Source: Octopus sinensis (Eukaryota). Taken from it: a stretch of DNA of 64,000 nucleotides. The translations under genes and the position numbers were made by a program. Below the pieces are notes generated by a model. It was not told the origin of the DNA. It saw only the letters and a list, made by a program, of their open reading frames with translations, and did no database searches. Positions 1 to 13,300 of the stretch are shown in pieces (positions within the stretch are counted from its first letter, which is position 1; the number at the start of each line of letters is the position of its first letter). The DNA is taken from assembly GCF_006345805.1 (NCBI RefSeq), contig NC_042999.1, positions 169,756,001 to 169,820,000 on the forward strand, read 5' to 3'.

Positions 1-2274
1 CTGTAACAAACTAGCAACAATATTTCTTTTTCCGGTTCCTTATTTGAAGTTGGAACTTTACTGATTGTTAAGAGGAAATAACTTATCAGGACCAGGTGTT
101 ACTTCATGGTCTTGAACATAATAACAAAGGAAATTGATACTGGTTTACCTCAAAATATATGTCTTTTGTGCAAAACAGAAATGTCTTTAGATCTTTGGCT
201 TGATGGTCAATAGAATTACAGCACAGAATAAGGTCATCCTTACATAAATAGATGAATTTATGGTTATTCAATGAGATGATGTGTTTTGTCACTTGTTGGA
301 AACATGTGTCATTGCATTCAGAAGGCAACTAGAAGTCCTGTAGACTGATAGAATTGCTCTAAAGCTTGAAAATCAGTTTAAGGACAGTCTTTAACTGCCA
401 GTGGTAGTTGTTAGTTGGTATGCATTACAACTTCCTTGACAGTATGTACTAGTAACTAGTCAATGACAAACAGGTAAAAACATCAAGATCATAAAATACT
501 GACAATGGTTGAGAAACCAATTTCAAGGTGTTCTTTCTGATTCTTGTTTCTTCTTGTAACCTGATCTCTTCAAGAGGAGTTACTTGGTTTCGTGATGCCT
601 TCTTTGATTAGGTTTTATTCATTTGCAATTGTTCACAGAATATTTTCAAACAGTTATATCAATGGGTTTTGCATTTGGAGTTAAATTAGTAACAGGTGTA
701 AAGAATGTTGGGACATGAAATCATCCAAGTGTTAAATCTGAGAAGAGATGATATATAAATAGTGACTAGTCTTTATACAACTCAGTATACCAAATACCCA
801 TTTTACATATCGCCATAATTCCTGATCTCACTTGTATTGCTGTTTATATTCAACCCCAGCCAAAAAACTCCTTCCGAGAAGTTGCTGAAATAGTATCCTG
901 TTTGACGTTCTTTCTAACAATAGCATCATTTACAAAGCTAGCATTCTTTTAAGCTAAGGTCAATGCTTTGGCTCAAATTCGGTGTTTTATTTTCAGGTAA
1001 TCTTGCAGAAAAAGAAAAAAACCCACACATTATGGAATTTTACATATACTGTTCCAACAACAGTCATTAAATTGCATTCTTTAGTCAGAAGTTTTAAGGC
1101 ATGGAGCATTTGATCTCAGAAGTAAATTTGGTGTTACTTGTGTGTTAGGTGTTGATGTCTCACAAAAACCTCAGTTACCAGTTCGGGGAATTTATCATAT
1201 TCTCAAGAGTATCACAATATGTGATAATAGTTGAAGAGATAATAATTTTCAAACTAGCAGACATTGATTGAGAAAGATGTAGAGTACATATCCATATCCA
1301 ACTAATTGAATGAGTTGTTGTAAAAAGCAACAATGAGAGATTTGTAGACCAAAGACTTTAATTCAACAAATGATGCTGCAACTCAGTACTTAAGGAACTA
1401 TTAAAGGCACTCAGAATCATATCAAAGAAGATCTGCATGATTAAGCATATTACTGTAAGTTTTTGATGACAAATACATTTGTGTGATAAATGCTTTAAAC
1501 AACCTTAACTAATGAGCTACATAACCAAAATTGACTGTGTAATAATGATCGTCTTCGGTTTTCATGGGACATGAAGTATCCTGACAAATTTTGATTATCT
1601 TTTTTTTACAAAGTGTGTAGTCACAGAAACCAAGAACTATATCATTTTATTGATTCACTGTGCCAAAAGACTTAGTGAATAGATCTATTGCACATGTTAA
1701 CACCTACATATATCCAAAACTTTGTAAATGGCATGTTTTACCAGCAGTAATGTGTATATGCGCTCATGTGGATGACTGTATACAAGTGTGTTTTATGTTG
1801 TAAGAGACATAAATATATGTGCATACAGTGTGAGCTTATACTGCATATGTGTGAATGCGCATATGCATAAGGTGCCAATAGCATATATATCTATCTATTT
1901 ATGTTCTTCTTCAGGAATTCAAGTCACTTGCTAACAAAGTAACAACATTCCTTGAGTTAAGACAGTTCTCAGGGTTTCTAAACATGTGCTTCAGTTAGTG
2001 TGTGCATATTTGTAGAAGTTGCACCTGCACTTATGTTCCCTGTGAACATGCATCTACAGTACATAGGTGTGTGTGTGTGTGTGAATGCACATGATTACCT
2101 TTTGCAGAAGTCTTTGAAGATGCACACAACCAAGTGTGAGCATATATTCATTGAAAGAATTTCAAATGCCGAATCTTTAGAATGTCTCACAAATTTTTAT
2201 CATGCCACTAACACACACACATCTATCGCAGGATGGCCTGCTGTGCTTACCTTGGATTGTAGGGCGACCTGCTG

Positions 2275-2622
2275 TGCTTGAGGAGACCTATTGAGTCAAG
2301 TACATCAAGATCAAAATAAAAATCAGATGGAAATTGCAGTTGTGATACCTGTGCCAGTGGCACGTAAAAAGCACCATCCGAATGTGGCCGATGCCAGCGC
2401 CACCTTGACTGGCTTCTGTGCTGATAGCACGTAAAAGGCACCAACTGATCGTGGCCGTTGCCAGCCTCGCCTGGCACCTGTGCAGGTGGCATGTAAAAAG
2501 TACCCACTACACACACGGAGTGGTTGGCATTAGGCAGGGCATCCAGCTGTAGAAACACTGCCAGATCAGACTGGAGCCTGGTGCTAGCATGGAAAACAGA
2601 CGTTAAACGATGATGATGATAA
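2275..2622 (+). mobile_element. SINE-like family B with (GAT)n tail
   Basis: Ends GCATGGAAAACAGACGTTAAACGATGATGAT; internal GTGGCACGTAAAAAGCACC subrepeats; homologs at about 11507, 14703, 17070, 49180, 52230 and 54100. Confidence 0.85.
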
Positions 2623-2924
2623 TATATATATGACAGAGAATGGAATGAGTGACATACTTCATTTAAAATCATTAAAATTGTTTCAACATATTTTTACACC
2701 TTTAGTACGTTGGTGAAAAGTTGTGTAGTCATTATCATACATCCAAAGTGTAAATTTTCACCGCCTCAGGTGATTACTAAAAAACAACCAATCACCTCAG
2801 AATAGGCCTTTTAGAACTTGGATAAGAAACACTTGAATACACTAAAAGTGCAAAAGTATCGAAAGAGTTGGAGTGATTTGAAATAAAGGAAGTCCCTTGT
2901 TTCATTTTCTATCATTTATCTGTT

Positions 2925-3136
2925 TACTCTTTCACTTGTTTCAGTCATTTGACTGCGGCCATGCTGGAGCACCGCCTTTAGACGAGCAAAGCGAACCCGG
3001 AACTTATTCTTCGGAAGCCTAGTACTTATTCTATCGGACTCTTTTGCTGAACTGCTAAGTTACGAGGACGTAAACACACCAGCAACTGTTGTCAAGCTAT
3101 GTTGGGGGGGGGAGGCAAACACAGACGCACAAACAC

Positions 3137-3183
<47 letters not shown>

Positions 3184-3345
3184 TATATACGACGGGCTTC
3201 TTTCAGTTTCTGTCTACCAAATCCACTCACAAGGCTTTGGTTGGCCCACGGCTATAGTAGAGGACACTTGCCCAAGGTGCCATGCAGTGGGACTGAACCC
3301 GGAACCATGTGGTTCGTAAACAAGCTACTTACCACACAGCCACTC
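2925..3345 (-). mobile_element. tRNA-derived SINE family A (internal TA/CA microsatellite)
   Basis: Head GAGTGGCTGTGTGGTAAG...GGTTCAGTCCC and tail ...GAAACAAGTAAAAGAGTA; many homologs in the window. Confidence 0.9.
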
Positions 3346-6300
3346 TCGTTTATATAAATAAACTCTATGGATACTATGGAATTCCTGATGTATATCTAGT
3401 AGCAGGAACATTTCCACTGTATGATGGCACCAGATAACCAATAACTACGAGGTTTTTACTCGAATCTTATTTAACTGTGTGGGGGGGGCGTGTACGTCTG
3501 TACAGTGGTCAACTTCGAATATATATGAAGAAATACTGAATGGCAGTAAGAAATGAAAGGAGTTATTCATATTCAAGAAGGTTAATCCATCATCAAAATA
3601 AATGCATTAAACGTAAAATTTCCTCAACCTACTCTAGTAATTATTATTGATCTTGTTTTAACCAGTTTTCACAGTATCTGATCTGCTGATTATAAAATGA
3701 AATACAATGAACGAGGTGTGTGTGTGTTTAACACTGAATAAGTTAAATGTTTTCTTTCGAAGTTGCTCAAGCAGTTCTGATGAGGTGATTTCGGTGTTTT
3801 GGCTATCCATTGGAACTGATTCGTCTCTAGAAGAAAACAGCGAAATTACCCACTACAATACACCATAATCATGTTTAATTGAGGACGAAGTAAATTAGAG
3901 TAATTGGATTGACAGAACACCAATCGTCAACAAAAATTAAGATAAAAACAGAAACCGAAAACAAGAATTAAGTTCCTACATATAAAGCTTAAGGGACTAA
4001 AAATGATATACAAAGTAAAAGGAATTACAATTAAGACAGAAGACAAAATAAAATGACCAAGTTCTAGATTTATTTGTCTTCAGCAGAGGTCTGAAGCTTT
4101 ATCTCAAGAGACTGTGTGTTGTGCCATTGATGCTTTTCCTGAGATTATTGCAAGCGAAGAATGCAAATAGCGTCGCAATTCTGTTTGTCCAAAATACGAA
4201 AATAGCAACAACCATTAATGAAATAAAGGAAGATTAGTTTAATCGCGGAAACAAAATTGGGCATAAATTTCTTGGTGTGTTTGGGGACAAACTTAAGATT
4301 CATAACAAGGAGGAACTCGGAATGGTGAAGACTAAATATATCCTCTTAGACACACTAAAGGTAGTCCTTATCTGGTTGCTCGATCTGCTAAAAATAGCAG
4401 CCAAGGCTCCTTCAAAATCATACCCATACCGTCTTAAAGGACATATTGGTATAAAAAATATCACGAGCCAAGGGAGCCCCGATACAGTCGTTTGACTTGT
4501 TAGAAACAGCAGCCAAATTTCCTCAAATTACATCCTACAGTCTTATAAAAAAAATGTACATAGAGGATAATGTATTCGTAGATATTCAAAAAAAAAATGA
4601 GTTGGTCATGGCTGGAATGTTTCTGATAATAAGCTTGCTCAATCATAGCTGATCTACAGTTAACCTAGTTTGCTCGCATCACAGATCGGGGCCGTAATGG
4701 ATGTATAATATATGGCGATCTTTCGAAATTTAGCTGACACCTATTTATCCAGATACTCAGTATCTGATTCTGAGCGGGCCTTTACACAGCAAATCACTCG
4801 ACATGCTGAAAACAGCAGCCAGATGTCCCTCAAATTTGATCCTACTGTGTTAAAAGAGGAAGGACACTTTGTGGGATGTGTTGTTCTGGGAAAAAAAAGG
4901 AAGAAAAAAAACCCAAGACAGTGCCAACAGTATTTGGTAATAGAGTCTGCACTTGTAAAATAACAATGATTAAAACATTAGAACCATATTGTCTGAGGTA
5001 AATTAGACATTGGTGAAAGAATACAAGTAAGAATTCGACTTAGTTGGTCGATAAATGTGTAACTATCCAAATTGTCCTTCAACCTACTTTATAAGGTGAA
5101 GGACGAATGACGATGGAAAATAAATATAAACTTGACATTTCGTTGCGTCACTCTTGCAGAGTCTTAAGAGCAAGAAGATGCAGGTACATATGGAATTCAA
5201 CCTGTTATTTCTTACCCCTATCATCATCCACTTGGAAGAAGAACAACAAAACATGTTAGGCATAAAACAAGATACATTTTACTAGATGTTAGAAATCAGT
5301 AATATTATTATTATTATCAATAATACTCTTTCACTCTGACGTCCGGTTTTAACATCAGACAAAAAGATGCAAGTATTTGAGGATAATTTCTTCGTTTCCC
5401 TCCACTGATCTTAGGGAAAACGAAGAGGGTCATGAATGCTGCCCTGGGCCGCCACAGAGGCAATAATGGTAATTTGTGTGGAGGGGAATAATCGATATTA
5501 TCAACCCAAGTACAGCACTGCTATTATCGACCTCGGAAGGATGAAAGACAAATTTGCTGTCGACGGTATTTGAACTCGGAACCACAGAGCCGGAACAGAT
5601 ACTGCGAGCAATTTTGGGACGACTTTCGAACGTTTCTTGCTAATCATTCGTTCCAAAAACCGACAACAGCAATGATTTCTTTGATTTCTGACACTGATGC
5701 AAAACCCAGAAATTCAAGGAAAGGATATATAATGATTTAAATGCCCCACTTGAATGACATTGTATTTTAACCGATCTTTGACATACTAAACCAATGCCAT
5801 GAAGAACTGCAACTTGCGAATTGGTAGGACTCGGACAAAATGAATGGTCACACGGAAATCTTGCATAATTATAACACACACACACACACGGAGCGAAACA
5901 GTATTGACGACCGCAGTAAAGATTCGAACTCAGAAAGTAAGAGTCTGGGAATCTCGGCTTCGAACTTTGCCCCAAGTCTTCGCATGGGGGGGGGGGGGTC
6001 GTGTTCGATTTGGATTTAATTCTATCGATCCCGAAAGGGCCAAAGTTCACTTCGGCTCGTGATATAGACTAAAGGATTAATTTCTGAAATTTGTTTTCAA
6101 ATAGCAATTAGACGACAGAAAAAGAAAGAAGGTTTTCGATGATAATTAGTAATCGTTGTTAATGAAGTTAGAAAATAAATATTTATCATGATGTCCTTGG
6201 GGGTTATTTCTAAACTAGAGAAAGAAATTCCCCATTCAGTATGAAATGAAGATCTTAAAAATACTAATGAACCGTCATTAATTACTTTACTAATTGGAAA

Positions 6301-6810
6301 TAGTTTCGGTTTCATAAAAATAATGCTGAACAGAACTAAAACACGAATGTTGTTGAAATAATTAAATCATGAAAATAATAACAATAATGTGGAGAGGACC
6401 ATCATAGCAGACGATGCAATATTAAGAAGGCCATGGAAGAGAAATGGTATTAATTAAAGGATTTGGGGATGGAGTGGAATGAAGGGTTTTGGCATTTCTG
6501 GGAAGAACACAATTGGCGAATCTCGATTGATTTCTGGCTTTTTTGGTTTGTTTTCGTATTCCTTTTTTCTTTTTTTTGTGTGTGCTTTCATTTATTAATT
6601 TATTGAAAATGTTTTTTAGTGTTTAAGAAGATGTTGTGATGGCCAAAAGCCTCATCTTCTGGGCTGAGGCTGGGTTTTCCTTCATCAAAACAACAGAATG
6701 TGGCGGAGGCGGAGGGGAAAGCAGAAATCAGATGTTTTTTTTTCTCTCTTTTTAATAAGAAACAAAGCAAAAAATATATAAATAGGAAAGCTGATTATTA
6801 TTCTAATTAC

Positions 6811-6988
6811 CTTGTGCATCTCCTCCACTGGTGAAGACGCCGACGGCGCGGCCTTGATACGAACCCTTCTCCACATAAGCACCTTCTCGACCTGGAACTG
6901 CCATCACGCTGTCCTTACGACTGAACTCGGCTCGTACGTTCTGAAACGTACTCTTCCGTTGTTTCAGAGCAGCTTCCTTTGCTTCCAT
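6811..6988 (-). CDS. PFK: ATP-dependent 6-phosphofructokinase, first coding exon (gene continues beyond left edge of window)
   Basis: Translates MEAKE...KGSYQGRAVGVFTSGGDAQ+G, ending in the PFK N-terminal TSGGDAQG motif. A phase-1 donor (AAG|GTAATT) follows at 6810, where the conserved MNAAV should come next. No MNAAVR exon was found on the minus strand in 1-6800. Confidence 0.93.
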
Positions 6989-6996
6989 TTTTGGTG

Positions 6997-7210
6997 CTGA
7001 AATGCTTATCTCAGGTAATTCGCAACCAATCAGTCACTAACAGCTTCGTCTGTCGACCAGCCACTTACCTGCTTCTCTCTCTCGCAACCGTCAAGCTCCT
7101 CTGACCTTTCTCAGCATCACCTTGAGAGATAAAGTGAAGGTCGTGTCGGAAACTAACGAAAACCGACGGAACCGGACGGAACCAGACGAAATGTTACGAG
7201 AATGGCGTAA
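6997..7210 (-). promoter_or_regulatory. Putative PFK 5'UTR exon, 72-nt UTR intron (6997-7068) and CpG-rich promoter
   Basis: On the minus strand: donor CAG|GTAAGT at 7068 and acceptor CATTTCAG at 6997, 8 nt before the ATG. CpG-rich stretch with tandem GACGGAACC motifs at about 7165-7186. Confidence 0.5.
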
Positions 7211-8295
7211 ATTTCACATTTCTATTGTTAATTATTTAAAAATAATATAATAATAATAATATAAAATGTAATTTACATATTAAGAATATTTTTTAACCAT
7301 ATGGAAACTTTATTTTATTTGAAAATAAAATATTCCAATTGCTATCGACCGTGAAGTTAATTTGTTAGTATTTATTAATATTAATATTGCTTTTACGTTT
7401 CTGAATTGTATTTACATATAAATATATTTTGAACAATGCGTAAACTTCATTTTATTCATATTTCATGACAAAATAAAATATTTCAATTGCTTTCGAACTT
7501 GGATTTCATTTTTTTTTTTTACTATTTATTAATAATAATATTGCTTTAAATCCCTGAATTCTTTCAAACTTTTCTGCTTTGCTTACAAAAATATTCAAAA
7601 TGAAAATACAATGCTTTTAATTTGGTATAAAATGTTTTGTTTTGTTTTAAATAAAGACACTAGATTTTATTTTGCGGTCGGACTTTACTAAGGAAAGGCA
7701 GTCTAGGGACAAAGCAGTAATTGTATTAATTCTTCATTACCATTCGTTTACCGAACAGAAATATATAAATCTTTCTTTTATATTTAGGTTTTATTGCTGT
7801 TGGTCATTTTCTTCCATTCATTGGTTTACTTTTTGAAACAAATTCGTAATATAAAACCTTAATTTCTATTTTTTCCAGTATCACAATCTAGTTGCTACAG
7901 GTAAATAGGGTAATAAAGATACAGGTAAATAGTATTCATCAACATTAATTACCGGCGCAACAGATACTATTTCTTTTTTTCCTTTTTTCAATTTTGTGAG
8001 GAATTTTGACCAAGCTATCCATTACGACGGCTGCTATTTTATTTCATTGCGGACACCAAGGTTACTTTAGGAATTTAAAGGCAAGAGAACGTGACTGTGA
8101 CCATTCGACCTGCTAGAAATAACAACTAATCTCCCTCAAATCACAACATAGCATCATAAATAACAGCAAAATATATTGCAGTTTCTTGTATGCAAAAAGC
8201 CAGGTTTCCACGGATTGAATAGCTTTGATCATAGGTCTGTTCTCATCAGACCTAAACAGTAATAGCATAGGTGTTAGTCTACCTTCTTTGACTAA

Positions 8296-8380
<85 letters not shown>

Positions 8381-8382
8381 AT

Positions 8383-8741
8383 ATACTACAAAATTAGAGA
8401 ATGGAGAAACATACTTAAATCAATAAAACATCAACTATCAGATGATACCCAATCAATACTTTAATACACCATTACATATCAGTAAAGGCATTATACAAAA
8501 TATACAGTAAGAGTAAATAGACAAAGAGATATAAGTATAAAATTTCAAATATAATATGTAAATTACATATTATATTTGAAATTTTATACTTTTATCTCTT
8601 TGTCTATTTACTCTTACTGTATATTTTGTATAATGCCTTTACTGATATGTAATGGTGTATTAAAGTATTGATTGGGTATCATCTGATAGTTGATGTTTTA
8701 TTGATTTAAGTATGTTTCTCCATTCTCTAATTTTGTAGTAT
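8383..8741. repeat. Long fold-back palindrome abutting (TA)n
   Basis: 179-bp arms, 1-nt spacer at 8562, one mismatch seen; directly right of the (TA)n at about 8299-8383. Confidence 0.95.
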
Positions 8742-9700
8742 TAATTTACGGTAATATTATTACCTTTACCCATATAATACAATAGATGAACTGATTGTTT
8801 GGCAATTTTTAACATCTATGTATTAGTCTTGTTGGGTACCTATCTAGCAGTATATTGGATATATATTATCCCATGGTGGGTTGAATTTTCAACCCCTATC
8901 TCATTTTATAATATATATATACAGAACATTGTGAAAAGATAAACAGACATCTTCTCCCCAGTCGGGATCAGTAACTTTCTGTTACGGTCCACTTTTGATT
9001 TTCCTTTTCACATTTAGCAATGATCAATATGTACAATATAAAGCTTACTCTTTTACTTGTTTCAGTCGTTTGACTGTGGCCATGCTGGAGCACCGCCTTT
9101 AAAAAAGCTTATATATATAAAAATGTTCCCGCGTCTATCCCTTTCATTTCCAACACTGACAAGGTTTACTGGAAGCAAAAACTTAAATCGTGAAACCATA
9201 GACAATCTCAAAAGTCATCAACTGCTCAATAGCCACGAATCCATTAAATTTGAAGTTTGTTCAGAGAAGACCTGTCACGCATAGAGAACACCTCAATCAG
9301 TGGCCCCACCTGTTGTCCTGCCTTGATGGGCGGGCTGCATGAAATATATAATTCGTCATGAGACGAGCAGCACTACTAAACAATTTCAGAAAGTCCCTCA
9401 GGCTGCAGTTTGCTTATGACTGTTCTACGGGGGCGATCGGACTCCTAGAAATAGCAGCTAAATGTTCCTCCAGTCAATCACAACCGTCTTAACACACACT
9501 ATGAATGTGCAATGGGATTGAACCTGAAAGTTCGTAATTCAATTCTTAACCACTCAGCCATGCTTGTCCCCATCTTACACACAAGATGCTGATAAGTAGC
9601 TTCAGCTCTCTCGTATTCAAAATCTCAATACAGACTCAGAAACCCTGCTTGGTCTTCATTGTAAAAACATTTTTATGATTATTGAAGGATTAATTGTGCA

Positions 9701-10087
9701 TACTCTTTACTCTTTTACTTGTTTCAGTCATGTGACTGCGGCCATGCTGGAGCACCACCTTTAGTCGAGCAAATCGACCCCAGGACTTATTCTTTGTAAG
9801 CCTAGTACTTATTCTATTGGTCTCTTTTGCCGAACTGCTAAGTTACGGGGAAGTAAACACACCAGCATCGGTTGTCGAGCAACGTTGGGAACAAACACAG
9901 ACACACAAACATATATACACACACACATATACGATGGGCTTCTTTCAGTTTCCGTCTACCAAATCCACTCACAAGGCTTTGGTCGGCCCGGGGCTATAGT
10001 AGAAGACACTTGCCCAAGGTGCCACGCAGTGGGACTGAACCCGGAACCATGTGGTTGGTAAACAAGCTACTTACCACACAGCCACTC
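9701..10087 (-). mobile_element. SINE family A
   Basis: Full-length homolog of 2925-3345. Confidence 0.9.
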
Positions 10088-11506
10088 CTGCGCTTATGCA
10101 TATTAATAAAAAAAAAAAGATGGTGTGTGCATGGCTATGTGGGTGAGAAGTTTGTTTCCCGACCACATGATATTGGGTTCGATCCTACTGTATGGCGCTT
10201 TGTGTCTTCTACTATAGCCCTGGGCCAACCGAAGCCTTATGAGTGGATTTGGCAGAAACTGGATTTGGCTGTTGTGTGCGTGCATGTGTATGAGTTTGTT
10301 TATGACTCCTTGTTTGTGAATGTTATTTATTGGCAATATTCTGCAAAAACATAGCAACAAGAAAGGTGTCTGGCTGCAGAAAGTCTGCTTCCATAAACTT
10401 TGTCCAAAGCATGAAAGAGGGGGACATTAAAACAATGAAGATTATAAAGATGATGATGATGATGATGCTGAGCTCTACACATGTATCAGAAACTCAGTAG
10501 ATTATTACCAGAGAGCATGAAAAATTAACGAACTGTTGTAAAGTAATCATCCTTTCGTTACCAATTAATGTCCATTTTCCATGCTGGAATGGGTTGGAAT
10601 GGTTTGATCAGAGCTGGCAAATTCCATTGTCTGTTTTGGTATGGCTTCTACAGCTAGATGCCCTTCTTAAAGCCACATGCTTTACAGTGTGTACTGGGTG
10701 TTTTTTTTATGTGAGATTAGCACCAGTGCTTCTTATGTAGCACCAGCACTAATGCTTTTAATGTAGCACCAGCATGAGTGCTTTTCATGTGGCACCAGCA
10801 TGAGTGCTTCTTATATAGCACCAGTGCCAGCACCAGCACCAAATTAATTAGAATTAAGAATTAATAACTATTTATGAAAATGTTAGATCCATTCTGTGCC
10901 ATAGAAAAATCCTTACTGGGTATACTTTATATTAATTGCTAAAGAAATGTGCTTCTCAAACATCCTAATATATTATAGGCCAAAACATGCAGCGTTCAGC
11001 CATCATCATCTCCATCATTATCACAAAGCTGTTGTGATCTTTAAAATGTGTTATGTTTATCCTTAAGAAAATCACAAAGATTCAGTGAGTCAATAGTAAT
11101 TGTAAGTTCTAAAGAGTCAAGTAAATAAAAGATAAAACTCGTCCTAGATCGGATGTTAGTCTACTGTCGGTGAAGTAGGTGAATATCTCTAAAAGGTCTG
11201 CTGAACTTTTAAGGGACAATGACTAACTCATGTTTTGTGGCATGTGACAGATGAGAGATAAACCTGCATCTGGATTAAAACATCTGATTTAGTACCCATT
11301 CTCAGTAGATGGGTGAACTAACACCATGTAGATTAAAACAGACACAATGAAGTGCTTGTAGCATATTTGAATCCATGAGCTATGAATATTTAGTTGAGTA
11401 CTTTATCTGTTCTAGCATTTTTCTTGGCAATTTTTATTTACAAGTTTTATCTCACTTCTGCACCTTAATAGTCTTACTTAAATATATATATATATATACA
11501 CATATA

Positions 11507-12175
11507 TCATCATCATCATCATCATTTAACATCCGTTTTCCATGCTAGCATGGGTTGGGCGGTTTTGACTGAGGGCTGGCAACCAGATGGCTGCACCAGG
11601 CTCCAGTCTTGATTTGGCAGAGTTTCTACAGCTGGATGCCCTTCCTAACACCAACCACACTGAGAGTGTAGTGGGTGCTTTTTACGTGCCACCTACATGG
11701 GAGCCAGTCAGGTGGTACTGGCAATGACCTCGCTCGAATCTTTTTACATGTGCCACCGACATAGGTGCCAATGAAGCGACGTTGGTAACGATCACGCTCA
11801 AATGGTGCCCTTTTACGTGCCACAGGTACGGAAGCCAGTTGGCTGCTCTGGCAACAATCACGCTCGGATGGTACTCTTGGCACCCTACTAGCACAGGCAT
11901 AAGTGCCAGTAAGGCGACGCTGGTAATGATCATACTCGAATAGCCGCTCTGTCAATGATCACACTCGTATGGGGCTCTTTGCACCTCGCTAGCATGGATG
12001 CCAGTCATTGAAGTGATTTTGATTTTGATTTTGATTTGATTTGATTTCATTTGCCTCAACAGGTCTTTGCAAGCAAAGTGTAGTGACCAAAGAAGGAAAA
12101 GCTACGCATAAGCGGGCTGGTTATGCTCCTGGCATAGGCCACGGTTATGGTCTTATCTGGCTTCTCGAGCACAGC
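11507..12175 (-). mobile_element. SINE-like family B, long copy
   Basis: (CAT)n at the left end, tandem TTTTACGTGCCAC subrepeats, internal (GATTT)n. Confidence 0.85.
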
Positions 12176-12215
12176 ATATTTCCAAAGGAATAATTACTTT
12201 GAAGCGTTGTGTAGA

Positions 12216-12463
12216 ATATATTGTATAAAAGATTGTGGGTAAGGCCAAAACAATGTGAAATAAATGCAAGGTAAATCACAAGAAAACAAATATGTGAATT
12301 AATGTAGACTTACATCTTGTATTTAATATTTTGGGGTTATGACCCCGAAATATTAAATACAAGATGTAAGTCTACATTAATTCACATATTTGTTTTCTTG
12401 TGATTTACCTTGCATTTATTTCACATTGTTTTGGCCTTACCCACAATCTTTTATACAATATAT
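12216..12463. repeat. Long fold-back palindrome abutting (TA)n
   Basis: About 122-bp arms around a GGGGT-TATG-ACCCC hairpin, one mismatch seen; (TA)n on the right. Confidence 0.95.
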
Positions 12464-12989
12464 ATATATATATACAGAGAAAGGAGGAGGGGAGAGAGAG
12501 AGAGAGAGTCACTTTGTCATCAGTAAACATAGCAACTGTGAGACTTAATGACAGCGCCTGTCAACGAGAGTATTGTCTAATCCATGTCATGGTATCAACA
12601 CCTTTCTAGGCTGGCAACAATGATTAATAGTGTCACAAGATTTATAAAGCTACTTCTTTGAAAACTGGGACGATTAAAACACTGAAATATTGAGTTTATG
12701 GCTGTTAGTATCATCCATTATGTAAGTGTACAGTCATTACATAAGTGTATAACTGATTGTAACCCCCATTACATGAATGTATGGCCAATTGTAGCAATCC
12801 ATTATATAGGATTACATGGGTCATACCATCCATGATATGCGTTTGGCTGCCAATGGAGATTACCCAGGTCGACCAAATGTGATATCCAGACAGATACCAG
12901 GTGGAAATAGGTGCATATATATACTTCTCTTCATGTACCATACATGCAAGTATCTGCAATCATGGGCCTTCATCTCCTCCTGTCTCCCA

Positions 12990-13300
12990 TGCAATTTAAC
13001 ACATTATCAAACCAGTCTTTCTGAAGCCAGCTGGTATGGTCATCGAGTATTTTGTCTCTCTCTGACATCTGCCTTTTAGTTTCCAAGTTGTCACCAAATA
13101 TTCAAGGCTTTGCTTTCTTAAATGATATCCTATGAATGAACTTAGCCTCTTGCTTTCTTTTGTTGTTAAGAAGCTCTCTGGTGGTTTCTGCAAAGTGAAA
13201 AATGTCACTCTTTCCATGTAGGACATCTTCAACATCCATCTGCAGACATACATCTCTACAGCATTCATAAGCTTTTGCACTTATTGCTAATGTGCTATAT
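12990..13300 (-). mobile_element. RTE-type LINE 3' fragment
   Basis: Degenerate frames AVEMYVCRWMLKMSY..., FIGYHLRKQSLEYLVTT.KLKGR match the RTE C-terminus. Confidence 0.7.

Noticed and set aside
5432-5446. ATG AAT GCT GCC CTG (MNAAL), resembling the start of PFK exon 2
   Set aside because: It is on the + strand whereas PFK is on the minus strand, and the following residues do not match.
5640-6062. 136-aa and 72-aa ORFs in a CpG-richer patch of the PFK intron
   Set aside because: No recognisable domain; they include G-run and CA-repeat translations.
7879-7900. Possible 22-nt + strand micro-exon (TTTTCCAG|...CAG|GTAAAT)
   Set aside because: No partner exons or recognisable peptide; splice-like motifs are common in AT-rich DNA.
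9817-10354. ORFs such as MSSNVGNKHRH... recurring in several places
   Set aside because: They are translations of SINE family A copies, not genes.
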